Source: a virus (taxonomy: Duplodnaviria > Caudoviricetes). From it: a DNA stretch of 24,218 nucleotides. The first letter of the stretch is position 1; the number at the start of each line of letters is the position of its first letter. The notes beneath the pieces were generated by a model. It saw only the letters and a list, made by a program, of their open reading frames with translations, had not been told where the DNA came from and ran no database searches. A program made the position numbers and the translations under genes. The DNA lies in IMG/VR virus record IMGVR_UViG_3300048851_000089, positions 1 through 24,218 of that record. The stretch is one strand, 5' to 3'. Below are positions 1 to 8,433 of the stretch, one piece after another.

Positions 1-157
1 CCGCCGCGGCGATCAGCAAGCCGGCCTTCGCCGACGGGGTGCCGAGCCGCATCGACTTCTCCCGGCGATCATAGAGGCGCTGCCATTCCGGCGCCTCGCC
101 GCGCTCCGCCCATGCCTCGCCAAGGACTTGGTTGACCCACGTCCGTAGAAGGTTCGG
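1..157 (-). pseudogene. terL: 3' part of the interrupted terminase large subunit (GpA-like); runs off the left edge
   Basis: Minus strand reads PNLLRTWVNQVLGEAWAERGEAPEWQRLYDRREKSMRLGTPSAKAGLLIAAA, matching the GpA 'N..LGE.W' segment that precedes the nuclease motif. No ATG/GTG/TTG in frame between the upstream in-frame stop and the att core. Confidence 0.9.
143..157. repeat. Satellite att core, left copy (CCGTAGAAGGTTCGG)
   Basis: Identical to 11143-11157; encodes PNLLR of TerL on the minus strand. Confidence 0.95.
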
Positions 158-177
158 CAGTCGTAGGATTTCTGCGG

Positions 178-1362
178 CTACGCGGCTATTTGCGTCAACC
201 TTGCGTCAGGAATTGCAGCCAATTTCGCGCCGATCGCGAGAACCGCCGCGTGTCGATCCGCCGGTTTCGTGATGACGTGGGCATAGACACCCATCGTGAT
301 TCCGGGGTTTGCATGGCCCATAAGCCGCGACACGTCGGCGACCGCGAGCCCGTTATGCAGCCACCAACTCCCAGCGAAATGCCGCAGCGCGTGGAAGTGA
401 TGCGGATCGCCCGGGACCAGCACGCCCGCATCGCGCAGGAGATCATGCCATGCCCGCGTGATGTTCCGATTGTATAGCTTGCCGCCGCTCGACGTGGTGA
501 AGGCGAGGCCCCAAGGGTTCGACTTGGCGTGTCTCTCTAACCACTCCCGCAGCATCGCGACGACGTGAGCCGGCATGGGGACCACGCGCTCCCCGGCGAC
601 GGTTTTTGGCGCCTTGATCTCGTGCAGCGCGTTGAGGCTGTATCGTACCGTGATCGCCTCGCCGTCGAGGTCGATGCACGACACAGGCAAAGCGAGCAAT
701 TCGCCCACGCGAAGCCCGCAGCAAGCCGCGATATGAACCATGCACGCCAGCATTGCCGCGTACCGGACCTTGTGGTTCGGGCGCCTCTCAAGGACCGTCC
801 GCAATACCGCGCTGGCCTCGTCGAGCGTGAACTCTCGGATCCGCGGCTGTGGAGCGCCGCGGATGCCTCGCAGCGCCGCCGCAACCGGATTGGTGAGACA
901 ATAGCGATGTCGGTTCGCAAATCGCTCCACGGTCGCCAGGAAGCCTAGCACCGGACGCGCGACATGCGGCTTCATCGTCGCGGACAGCTTGTGATGCAGC
1001 TTATCGACGTCCGCCGCCCGCAGGTCTTTGAAAATGACGGTCCCGATCGTCGGCGCGATATGCAGCGACACGAACCTCGAGATTTTCATGACGTGCAGCC
1101 GCGACACCTCGCCGCGCGCCTCGCGCTTCCCGGCATCGGCGAGATACCGGGTGCAGACGTCGGCGACGGTCAGGCTGGCGGTGGGCCCGACCATCGTACC
1201 GTCCTCGGATTCGCGCTCCACCTTGCGTTTGAACGCGTCCGCCTCTTTCTTCGTCGCGAATTGCTTGGAGGGACGCCCGCCGTCGCCGTCGCTGTAGCGT
1301 ACCGTCCAAGCCTCTTTCTCGACGCCGTTGTACGTCCACCGGCGCTTGTGCACGCTCGCCAT
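178..1362 (-). CDS. int: Tyrosine recombinase/integrase of the satellite (394 aa)
   Basis: Catalytic set GLRVGE, APKT, HALRH, MGHA, GVYAH; N-terminal arm-binding-like region; GGAG RBS before the ATG at 1362. Confidence 0.95.
   Translation of the reverse strand: MASVHKRRWTYNGVEKEAWTVRYSDGDGGRPSKQFATKKEADAFKRKVERESEDGTMVGPTASLTVADVCTRYLADAGKREARGEVSRLHVMKISRFVSLHIAPTIGTVIFKDLRAADVDKLHHKLSATMKPHVARPVLGFLATVERFANRHRYCLTNPVAAALRGIRGAPQPRIREFTLDEASAVLRTVLERRPNHKVRYAAMLACMVHIAACCGLRVGELLALPVSCIDLDGEAITVRYSLNALHEIKAPKTVAGERVVPMPAHVVAMLREWLERHAKSNPWGLAFTTSSGGKLYNRNITRAWHDLLRDAGVLVPGDPHHFHALRHFAGSWWLHNGLAVADVSRLMGHANPGITMGVYAHVITKPADRHAAVLAIGAKLAAIPDARLTQIAA
191..208 (+). promoter_or_regulatory. Putative integrase arm-type sites, TGCGTCA x2
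   Basis: TGCGTCA at 191 and 202 (11-bp spacing); the same heptamer occurs three times near the other end. Confidence 0.65.
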
Positions 1363-1377
1363 AGTCTCTTCTCCATG

Positions 1378-1414
1378 TGAAAGGCCCCGCCGCGCCAATG
1401 TGGACGGGCGGGGC
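1378..1414 (-). terminator. Hairpin upstream of int, possible weak terminator or attenuator
   Basis: GCCCCGCC (1384-1391) / GGCGGGGC (1407-1414) stem followed by a short CTTTC on the minus strand. Confidence 0.35.
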
Positions 1415-1420
1415 AGGGTG

Positions 1421-1624
1421 TCAGGTTGTCGGGTGGCCCGGTGTGACAACATCTAGGTCGGCGCTGATCGTGATAAGAGAGTCCGCGATACCTTGCAGGG
1501 CAAAGCTCACGTCGTTCTCGATGTCCGTTGCCGTGAGGCTCTTGGCGATGATCTGCGCAATGGCGATGGTATGGTGCAGCCGCAGCTGTAGGGCGTTCAG
1601 CGCCGCGATGTCGTGGCGCGTCAT
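1421..1624 (-). CDS. Small helical hypothetical protein (67 aa)
   Basis: ATGA overlap with the stop of 1621..2202. Confidence 0.65.
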   Translation of the reverse strand: MTRHDIAALNALQLRLHHTIAIAQIIAKSLTATDIENDVSFALQGIADSLITISADLDVVTPGHPTT

Positions 1625-2202
1625 GCGTCGTTTCCGGGCAACAAGTAGAGCGGCCGCGTCTGGTCGATCTGCCACGCGGGCGGGGTGTTATCCTCGCGAT
1701 CGTCCGCGTCCCCGATGTCGCAGCCGGTGCGCTCGTCATGCTTCTGCCAGAATGCGCGCTGCATGACCGGGCCCGCGATCATGTGATCGTCGCCGGCCGC
1801 GCACCGGTCGCTGTCGTCGTCCTCGTCATCCTCGCGGTCGCTGGACCAGCCCGCGCGCATCGTATCGGGCTGATAGCCCTCGCACTCGATCCACGCGGCA
1901 CCTTCGCCGCGCTCCAGCAGCGTTCCGGCGGGATCATCGTCTTCAGCGTCCACCGGATCACCGGGGAGGCCATCAGGCGCGACGATGTCGAGGGCCGGAT
2001 CGTAGTCGACGCCGGGCGCGATCATCAGCACGCCCGCCCGGTCGTCGTCTTCAAGATCAGAATCGCCGTGCAGCTGGTCGAGCTTGTCGATAAGTGCGTC
2101 GACCGCAAGACCAATTTCGATGCTGTCGAGCATCTGCACGCCACGCATGAACTGCGCCAGGCGTCCGCTTCCATCAGGCGGAAAGGTGGTGTCGATATAC
2201 AT
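1621..2202 (-). CDS. Acidic Asp/Glu-rich hypothetical protein (193 aa)
   Basis: ORF directly downstream of the CI/C4-like RNA; runs such as DREDDEDDDSDR; coupled to the next gene. Confidence 0.75.
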   Translation of the reverse strand: MYIDTTFPPDGSGRLAQFMRGVQMLDSIEIGLAVDALIDKLDQLHGDSDLEDDDRAGVLMIAPGVDYDPALDIVAPDGLPGDPVDAEDDDPAGTLLERGEGAAWIECEGYQPDTMRAGWSSDREDDEDDDSDRCAAGDDHMIAGPVMQRAFWQKHDERTGCDIGDADDREDNTPPAWQIDQTRPLYLLPGNDA

Positions 2203-2208
2203 AGTTTC

Positions 2209-2463
2209 GTCTCACTGGTGACGGCTTTCTACGGCCGTTTTCAGGTGGCGGACCTGAAGCCGGGGGGTAGAAACCTGCCAGTGAGACAGGCCGGCAGCTT
2301 TTACACTTTCGTGCTGGACATGGCATACCGCCCCCGGCCATAAGGTGGCCAAGGCCGAGCCACGCCGCCAAGCGTGCTCTGTTCGGAGCCCCGCCAAGGG
2401 CTCCATTCGGCACCGATCCCTCGCCAAAGGGAAAGCTGCCTATCACTGGTCCGGGTTTCTACG
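2209..2463 (-). ncRNA. P4 CI / P1 C4-like antisense RNA switch (antisense module ~2257-2302, target copies 2209-2233 and 2443-2463)
   Basis: The minus-strand module folds as a GCCGG..CCGGC stem with an inner CCTG-[TCTCACTGG]-CAGG loop and single-stranded TTTCTAC. Complementary target pairs lie both upstream and downstream. Confidence 0.7.
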
Positions 2464-2649
2464 CCCACGGACACGATGCACCGATAATATACCTAACGCA
2501 AGCCGTCCCCCGCCAAGGGGACCGGCTCCGCGCGTGTGCCGCTATTCCGGCTCACCCGGTGGCGGTCGCCGAAATATAGTTGGTGCCTGCGCAGCCCGAT
2601 CGCGGGCGCGTTCCTTGACGTCGGAGGGGGGTTGGGACACCATCGCTGC

Positions 2650-3747
2650 ATGGACAGGATAGAATTAGGCAGGCGGCCGACAGGCAATAGATCTGCCGTT
2701 ACGCGGAATAGCGGCCTTGATGCTTTGCGCCTTTGCCTAGCAGTGTGGGTGGCGGTGTTTCACATTCACGCGCTACCGGGCGATACTTTGCCCGCAATGT
2801 ATCAGTGGTTTAGCCCGCCTGCTGCGGTGGCGACCTTCTTCACGATTAGCGGTTATCTCATACTCGGCGGCTTGGCCTCCCGGCCTGGCCTGAAAGCATA
2901 CGCGCAAAAGCGGCTTCTCCGGATCTACCCAGCTTATTTTATCGTCGTCATAGCAGCGGGGCTGGCCTTTGCCCCGACGAGTGCTGAGTTCTTTCGATAC
3001 GAAAGCTGGAACCTGATTTTCTTGAATTTCGTCGAGCCCGGATTTGCATCACTTCCGAACGGAGGCGCTGTAAATGGGTCCCTGTGGAGCATCAAAGTCG
3101 AGGTGGCGTTCTACGTAATCGCGCCGTTGCTCGCCATCGGTTGCCGGCGTTTCAGTCCGGCTCTGCTCCTCGGGCCCTTGGCTATTTGTTCCGCGGTCTT
3201 TGGCATCTTCTCGATGTCATATTCGGCTTCTCTAGTTCACCAGTTGCCGGCGCAGCTATGCTACTTCTGCATGGGCGGTCTGCTTTTCCACTACGGAAAG
3301 CAGTTGTCTCGATTCAAATACCCGATGATTGCAGCTGGCTTGGCGACCCTGCCGCTGGGCCCCTTCCTCGACCTTTTCGGTGTTGCCGCGATCGTGTTGG
3401 CCGTGATGTCAATCCGATGGGTGCCGTCGATGCCGATCGACCTTTCCTACGAAATCTATCTCGCCCATTATCCGGTTATTCAGGCGTTGACCGTTGCGGG
3501 CTTGGCGGGCTCAGCGCTCTTTACTTTTGGCACGTCGGTCGTGGCCGCGATCGGGCTGATCTCATCAATTGCGGCATCCTTTTGGCTGGCCAAGTATGCC
3601 CGGCGGCGCGCGGGCGGCAGCTTCCGCCGGGCAGCAATTAATGCCCTCCGATCTACCCGCGTCGACGGTCAGTTAATGAACCCGGCGGCGCGCATAGCGC
3701 CCTCGAGGGCCAGCACACGTTCCATCGTAGATTGCGCCTCAGCTTGA
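2650..3747 (+). CDS. Acyltransferase-3 family (OafA-like) membrane O-acetyltransferase
   Basis: Motifs LDALR, FFTISGYLI, KRLLRIYP, GSLWSIKVEVAFY, SYEIYLAH; many hydrophobic segments. Start uncertain (TTG at 2632 also in frame). Only + strand gene in the satellite. Confidence 0.9.
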   Translation: MDRIELGRRPTGNRSAVTRNSGLDALRLCLAVWVAVFHIHALPGDTLPAMYQWFSPPAAVATFFTISGYLILGGLASRPGLKAYAQKRLLRIYPAYFIVVIAAGLAFAPTSAEFFRYESWNLIFLNFVEPGFASLPNGGAVNGSLWSIKVEVAFYVIAPLLAIGCRRFSPALLLGPLAICSAVFGIFSMSYSASLVHQLPAQLCYFCMGGLLFHYGKQLSRFKYPMIAAGLATLPLGPFLDLFGVAAIVLAVMSIRWVPSMPIDLSYEIYLAHYPVIQALTVAGLAGSALFTFGTSVVAAIGLISSIAASFWLAKYARRRAGGSFRRAAINALRSTRVDGQLMNPAARIAPSRASTRSIVDCASA

Positions 3748-5870
3748 GCGTATTCGGTGGAGGCTGAAGCCGCGAACGCCCCCTTGTTCGGCGAGCCGGT
3801 TCCGATGGTCCAGCCCGCGTCCGCCACCGGGCTGAGATCGATCAACTGCACGAGCAGATCGACGCCAGTCGCGCCGGCGCTCGCATTGTAAACGTTGATC
3901 GTCACGGTCGCGCCGAGCGGAATCGGTGCGTTCGCAATGGTCTTCGTCAGGTCGACTGTGTCAATGATGGTGGCGTAATCGACGCTCGACGGGAGTGTCA
4001 GCGCGGCGCGGAACGCACCATTCACGGTGACGATAAAGGCCCAGCCGGCGCTGGAAGTGCCGGCCGCCAACCTCATGCGGCTGGTAATCCGGTACACGCC
4101 AGGGTTGATGTCGACGCCCATCACGAAATTGAGAGCGAAGCCCTGCTCGATCGGCCCCTCTGCCGGGATGTTTGCGGGGACAGTGGTGCCCTTGGTCAGG
4201 CGCATTACGTAGCCGCCATCGAGTGCGGCGTCCGAATACATCTCCTTGATGCCGCCGCCGCCTGGCGCCCCCGGCGTACCCCAATAGTTATAGGCGGTGC
4301 AGGTATGGGACAGTGCCATGGGCCCCGCCGCAGTAATTCTCATAGGCTGGAAGGGGTTCGGGGCGTTCCGAAGTGGGTTGCGCGTAGCATCAAGCAACAG
4401 AATACGGGGGTGTATCGGTAGGATAGCTTGGATGGATGCCGGCGGATCAACAATACGGAGGCGGTAGTCAAACTCTGAGCTGCCCATATTAGGATTGGCG
4501 GGCGGATCGATGATGGGGGCGTAATCATAATCAACCACCGTCGCGCGCGGCGAGTAGATCGTGTTCTCGCGCGCTAAAGGCGCCAGGTGGAAAAATGGCG
4601 CTTCGGTGCCGACCTGCGGGGAATGTATCTGGGCCCCGTAGCCGTTCAGGTAGAGGTGCGAGATTGAGCCATGGCTCTCCAGCAGCGTCCCCCTGGAAAT
4701 CGTAGTCTTTGATCCTTGGTCGTATACTGTGTACGCCGGTTCTCCCGAATTTGGATTTTCGCTGCCCCCCAAAAACGCGCTTTCGATGCGGTTGTTGTTG
4801 CCGAAAAAGCCAATACCTTCGATCATGACCGAACGCCCGTTGCCGGACATTCGGGCCGAGATTATGCAGTTGTCACAGCCCTTCAGCCAGAATCCGCGGC
4901 GCCAATTGTAGACGACCGTCGACTCGTCTGCGTAGATGTGGAACGTCTTGCATGCGCGGAAGAAGTCGCCGGTGCCGAGTCCTCCCCATGCATAGCAATT
5001 CAGAAAACGGACGTTCTGGAGAAAGCTGTAATCGTCGATCTCGGGGCTGTCGTGGGGGGTGTGCGTCTCGGTGTCGCCGAAATCGAACATTGTGCCGGCA
5101 GGGTCGGTGGCATCGAACGATATGCTGTCGAACGTCCAGTTTGCATATTCGCGGATGGCTGGAGTCCGGTAGCTCACTTTCCAGCACGTGTCGGAGCCTG
5201 TGTACCGCAGCCGGCTTTGCGTGATGTAGGGGTTGTCGCAATTTGCGCCTTCGCCGACAAAGGTGAGGCCGGGCGGCAAAGGATTGTCTTCATCGGCGAT
5301 CGAACGCGAGACGATCGACACGCCCCCAGGAACAATGACACGCCGCGTGCCGGTCGCACCGGCAAAGGCGATGGCATCCCGCCACGCTTGGGTGTCATCC
5401 GTGATCGCGTCGCCCTTGAAGCCAAAGCTGTCCAGCCGGATCGACCTCGATGTCCTATCAAGGATTCCCTGAACCGTTTCGCCGCCGCTCGTCCCGATCA
5501 TCGCCGCGCCGGCCGGCCCTTCATATGCTGCCTTGCTAGCGTACCGCGCCTGCTCGACGGCTTCGGAGCCCACCTTCTTGTACAGGATCGCATAGGTCGA
5601 CGTGCCATCGCCGACGACGGTGAAGAACCCGTTTGCCGCGGTCGCCGCCAGTCCGGCCGCCGTCGTCGGAAAAAGCGTCCCGGCCGCGGCGACCGCGCCG
5701 GACTCCGCCAGGGCCGCCGTCGCCGCACTCTGTGCCGACGCATCCGCGCTGTCGGCCGCGTCGCCCGCGCTTTTGGCGGCGCCCGCGGCAACGATCCCCG
5801 CCAGTTCGGCGCCGAAAACACGAACGACGGCCCGACCGTCGACAGCCCGCACGGATGCGTCAGATGCCAT
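3669..5870 (-). CDS. Tailspike/tail fibre with pectin-lyase-like beta-helix (733 aa)
   Basis: Ala-rich N-terminus with a GLAAT..GFFTV..LY particle-binding-type motif; FGFKGDAITDDTQAW beta-helix cap; C-terminal GWT.GTG...ALE.AMRAAGFI. AAGGA RBS before the ATG at 5870. Confidence 0.8.
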   Translation of the reverse strand: MASDASVRAVDGRAVVRVFGAELAGIVAAGAAKSAGDAADSADASAQSAATAALAESGAVAAAGTLFPTTAAGLAATAANGFFTVVGDGTSTYAILYKKVGSEAVEQARYASKAAYEGPAGAAMIGTSGGETVQGILDRTSRSIRLDSFGFKGDAITDDTQAWRDAIAFAGATGTRRVIVPGGVSIVSRSIADEDNPLPPGLTFVGEGANCDNPYITQSRLRYTGSDTCWKVSYRTPAIREYANWTFDSISFDATDPAGTMFDFGDTETHTPHDSPEIDDYSFLQNVRFLNCYAWGGLGTGDFFRACKTFHIYADESTVVYNWRRGFWLKGCDNCIISARMSGNGRSVMIEGIGFFGNNNRIESAFLGGSENPNSGEPAYTVYDQGSKTTISRGTLLESHGSISHLYLNGYGAQIHSPQVGTEAPFFHLAPLARENTIYSPRATVVDYDYAPIIDPPANPNMGSSEFDYRLRIVDPPASIQAILPIHPRILLLDATRNPLRNAPNPFQPMRITAAGPMALSHTCTAYNYWGTPGAPGGGGIKEMYSDAALDGGYVMRLTKGTTVPANIPAEGPIEQGFALNFVMGVDINPGVYRITSRMRLAAGTSSAGWAFIVTVNGAFRAALTLPSSVDYATIIDTVDLTKTIANAPIPLGATVTINVYNASAGATGVDLLVQLIDLSPVADAGWTIGTGSPNKGAFAASASTEYAQAEAQSTMERVLALEGAMRAAGFIN

Positions 5871-5872
5871 TA

Positions 5873-6136
5873 TCAATTCCTTCGGGTGGTGGTGGCGAAC
5901 GTGGCCCAGCCGGCGGGCTGCTCGCGTCCGTGTGTTTCGATGCTGTCGGCGATGGTGCGCAGCTGGTCGACGATCGTCGCGGGTTCGCCGCAGCGCTCCC
6001 AGACCCGACGAATGATCGCGTGCAGGATGCCCGAACATGCGTCGGGCTCAAAAATGCCCGAGCACGTCATGTCATCAATCCAAGCTTGGGTGCGGTCGGC
6101 CACCGCCATCATCTCGGCCGGGTCGCTCGTCTGCAT
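5873..6136 (-). CDS. Hypothetical protein (87 aa)
   Basis: AGGAG RBS before the ATG at 6136; stops 2 nt before the tailspike start. Confidence 0.65.
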   Translation of the reverse strand: MQTSDPAEMMAVADRTQAWIDDMTCSGIFEPDACSGILHAIIRRVWERCGEPATIVDQLRTIADSIETHGREQPAGWATFATTTRRN

Positions 6137-6284
6137 ATCCGCTCCTGTCATGGCTGCCGGCAGAGCGCTCCGCGGAATCGGGGCTCGCCGGCTTTCAGCC
6201 CGCCGTAGGCCGCCGCGCCGGGGTGATGCCGACTCCCGTCGAGCGCGGCCCCGGTCGATCGCGGATATCCGCGCTTCGCTTTCC

Positions 6285-8135
6285 TTAGACCGACGCGCCC
6301 GGGTTCATCACGGTGCCGCGATAGTCGACTAGGCCGGCGCCGATATCGATGCGGGCCTTGAACTGGACGCCGTCGACCTCGAACCCGACGCGGGTGTCGG
6401 TGAAGATCCCGCCTTGCCCTTCCAGGTCGCCGTATTCGAGAACGGGCCGGGTTGCCGGGTCGGAGAATAGCCGCCAGCTGAGCCCCAGCTGATAGGGATC
6501 GACCGACAGGGTGAGCTTGCCGGAGAACGGGTTTACATCGGCCACGGTACCCGCATTGACCACGGCGAGAACCTGCTCGGCGATGGTTTCGAGGGCGGGC
6601 CCGACCACGAGGTGCTTGGGCACTGCGTTGGCTGGCGTGCTGCCGTCGGCGTTCTTCTGCGTTCGGAGCAGCGCACGGGCAATCGAGAGGTTCGCGACAT
6701 TCAGCGTCCCCGCGACGACGATGTTGCCGTGGTCGGCATGATAGAGCGTCTTGCTATCGCTCGTCATCACTGCGCCGTTGCCGGCGATCATGCCGGAGAG
6801 CAGCGCCGACTGGGTTTCCGTCGCCGCGTTCACCCAGAACTGGGACAGCTGCAGGAACACGCCCAGGTCATCGTTCACCAGCGCCTGGCGGGTGATGTTC
6901 ATGATCCCGCCATAGGTCGACAGCTTGCTGCCGTTGCTGCCCTCGATCAGGTGGACCTGCTGGAATTCACCATTCTCAGGAACGTTGATCATACCCGCGG
7001 GGCCGTCCACGTTCAGATTGTAGCGGGTGCGGAAGTCGGTGTAATTCCGATTCCGCGCGATCGCCAGCAGCGGCGAGGGCAAAGCGCGGCGCGCTTCGGC
7101 GAGAACCCGCGTACCAGCGTTGCCGATCAGGGTCGCGAAGTCGCCCGCCGTGTGTGATCCATACCGGAGAACCTGGTTGACGACTGCCTGCCGACTGGCG
7201 AAGCGCACGGGCTCCCCGTTCCGCTCGAGCAGCGCGCGGGCCATGTCGACCACGCTCGCATCACGATACTCGCGCGCGCCCTCGCTCGGCTCGGTGCCGC
7301 TCATTCGGGCGTAGAGCGCGTCGGCGAAATTGTCGCGCAGCTGGCGGCTGTCGCCGCCCGGTCCGCCGCGCGACTGGCGGGGGTCGATCGATCCGAGCGA
7401 ACGATGCGCGACCAGCGCCGCCTCGATGCGTTCGTCGAGCTCGCGGCGCGACAGGGGTTCTTCGGCGTGCATGGCGAGCAGGTCGCGCTCGAACGAACGG
7501 GGCAGGTCGTCGGAGCGGTTGCAGCGGTCGCGGATGTAATCGACCGTGACGCCGCCGGCACGGTTGCGAGGCGCGGGGGTGGGGTTCGGTGCGTCAATGA
7601 TGTCGGGCATGGTCGTTCCTTTCGTTCGGACTTGTGCGGCCGCGTCGAAGGGGACGACGACCATCGACAACTCGACGGGCTCCCAATCGATCGCGTGCAT
7701 GACGGGGCGCTCTCCTGCCGTCTCGGTGCGCTCGTAGGTGTGGACGTTGTAGCCGACGGACAGGCTGCGAATGTGCCCGTCGATGATCTTGGCGACCGTA
7801 TCGGCAACGTCGGGCGTCTTGGCGAAGCGGACGCGGGCGATACCCTGCCCGTTCTCGATCCGCGCCGTCCCCGGCATCACGGAGCCCAGCACCGCGGCGA
7901 GCGATCGATCCTGATGGCTATCGATCAGGCACGCGCCCGCGTTGAGCCGGTCGAGGCGGACGTGCGCGGGGTCCATGCTCAGCGATTCGATGTAGTAGCC
8001 GCCATCCAGCCAATCGAACCGGGTGCCTTCGGCGCCTACCGACCAAACGACCTCGATCGAATTGTCGGACGGGTCGAACGATGCCGGCTGGAAAGTCGCC
8101 GCGCGGTTCGTGGTGACGGTGATGGGGTCTGCCAT
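6285..8135 (-). CDS. Prohead protease-major capsid protein fusion (616 aa)
   Basis: N-terminal HK97-type protease motifs (LIDSH, RSLSVGY, WEPVELSMVVVP); C-terminal Mu-gpT-like capsid motifs (HTAGDF, ITRQALVNDDLG, LYHADHGN, GFEVDGVQFKARIDIGAGLVDYRG). Confidence 0.9.
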   Translation of the reverse strand: MADPITVTTNRAATFQPASFDPSDNSIEVVWSVGAEGTRFDWLDGGYYIESLSMDPAHVRLDRLNAGACLIDSHQDRSLAAVLGSVMPGTARIENGQGIARVRFAKTPDVADTVAKIIDGHIRSLSVGYNVHTYERTETAGERPVMHAIDWEPVELSMVVVPFDAAAQVRTKGTTMPDIIDAPNPTPAPRNRAGGVTVDYIRDRCNRSDDLPRSFERDLLAMHAEEPLSRRELDERIEAALVAHRSLGSIDPRQSRGGPGGDSRQLRDNFADALYARMSGTEPSEGAREYRDASVVDMARALLERNGEPVRFASRQAVVNQVLRYGSHTAGDFATLIGNAGTRVLAEARRALPSPLLAIARNRNYTDFRTRYNLNVDGPAGMINVPENGEFQQVHLIEGSNGSKLSTYGGIMNITRQALVNDDLGVFLQLSQFWVNAATETQSALLSGMIAGNGAVMTSDSKTLYHADHGNIVVAGTLNVANLSIARALLRTQKNADGSTPANAVPKHLVVGPALETIAEQVLAVVNAGTVADVNPFSGKLTLSVDPYQLGLSWRLFSDPATRPVLEYGDLEGQGGIFTDTRVGFEVDGVQFKARIDIGAGLVDYRGTVMNPGASV

Positions 8136-8226
8136 GATCCTTCTATGCGGCCCGATCGATGCGAGGCGTAGCGGCGTGCTTGGGCTTAGGTATGCTTGTT
8201 GCGGCGTAGGGGTGCACGCCCTTGCA

Positions 8227-8433
8227 TCACGTCCCGATCGTTGAGCCTAAAACCGGCTCGACGTGCATGTTCATGACAAGCCGCCGGACGTCCTCGCTCG
8301 AATAGCGCACGCGCCCGCCGGGGGTGATCGTGTAGCCGATTGCGCCCTTTTTCCGCCAGCGGCGCAGCGTGTCCGGGTGCACCTTCAGCGCGCGTGCGGC
8401 CTGCGGCTCGGTCATGCCAAGGGGGTCACTCAT
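8227..8433 (-). CDS. MerR/Xis-like HTH DNA-binding protein (68 aa)
   Basis: MTEPQAARALKVHPDTLRRWRKKGAI...TPGGRVRY; ATGA overlap with the mini-TerS stop. Confidence 0.8.
   Translation of the reverse strand: MSDPLGMTEPQAARALKVHPDTLRRWRKKGAIGYTITPGGRVRYSSEDVRRLVMNMHVEPVLGSTIGT

Noticed and set aside
1416-1433. Single TGTCA-N3-TGTC-GGG copy resembling library block 2
   Set aside because: One imperfect copy overlapping a stop codon; compatible with chance.
4716-6332. Long + strand ORF (538 aa), and similar ones at 11212..12216, 16450..17988 and 22587..23672
   Set aside because: Antisense shadows of well-supported genes, expected in high-GC DNA; no recognisable motifs.
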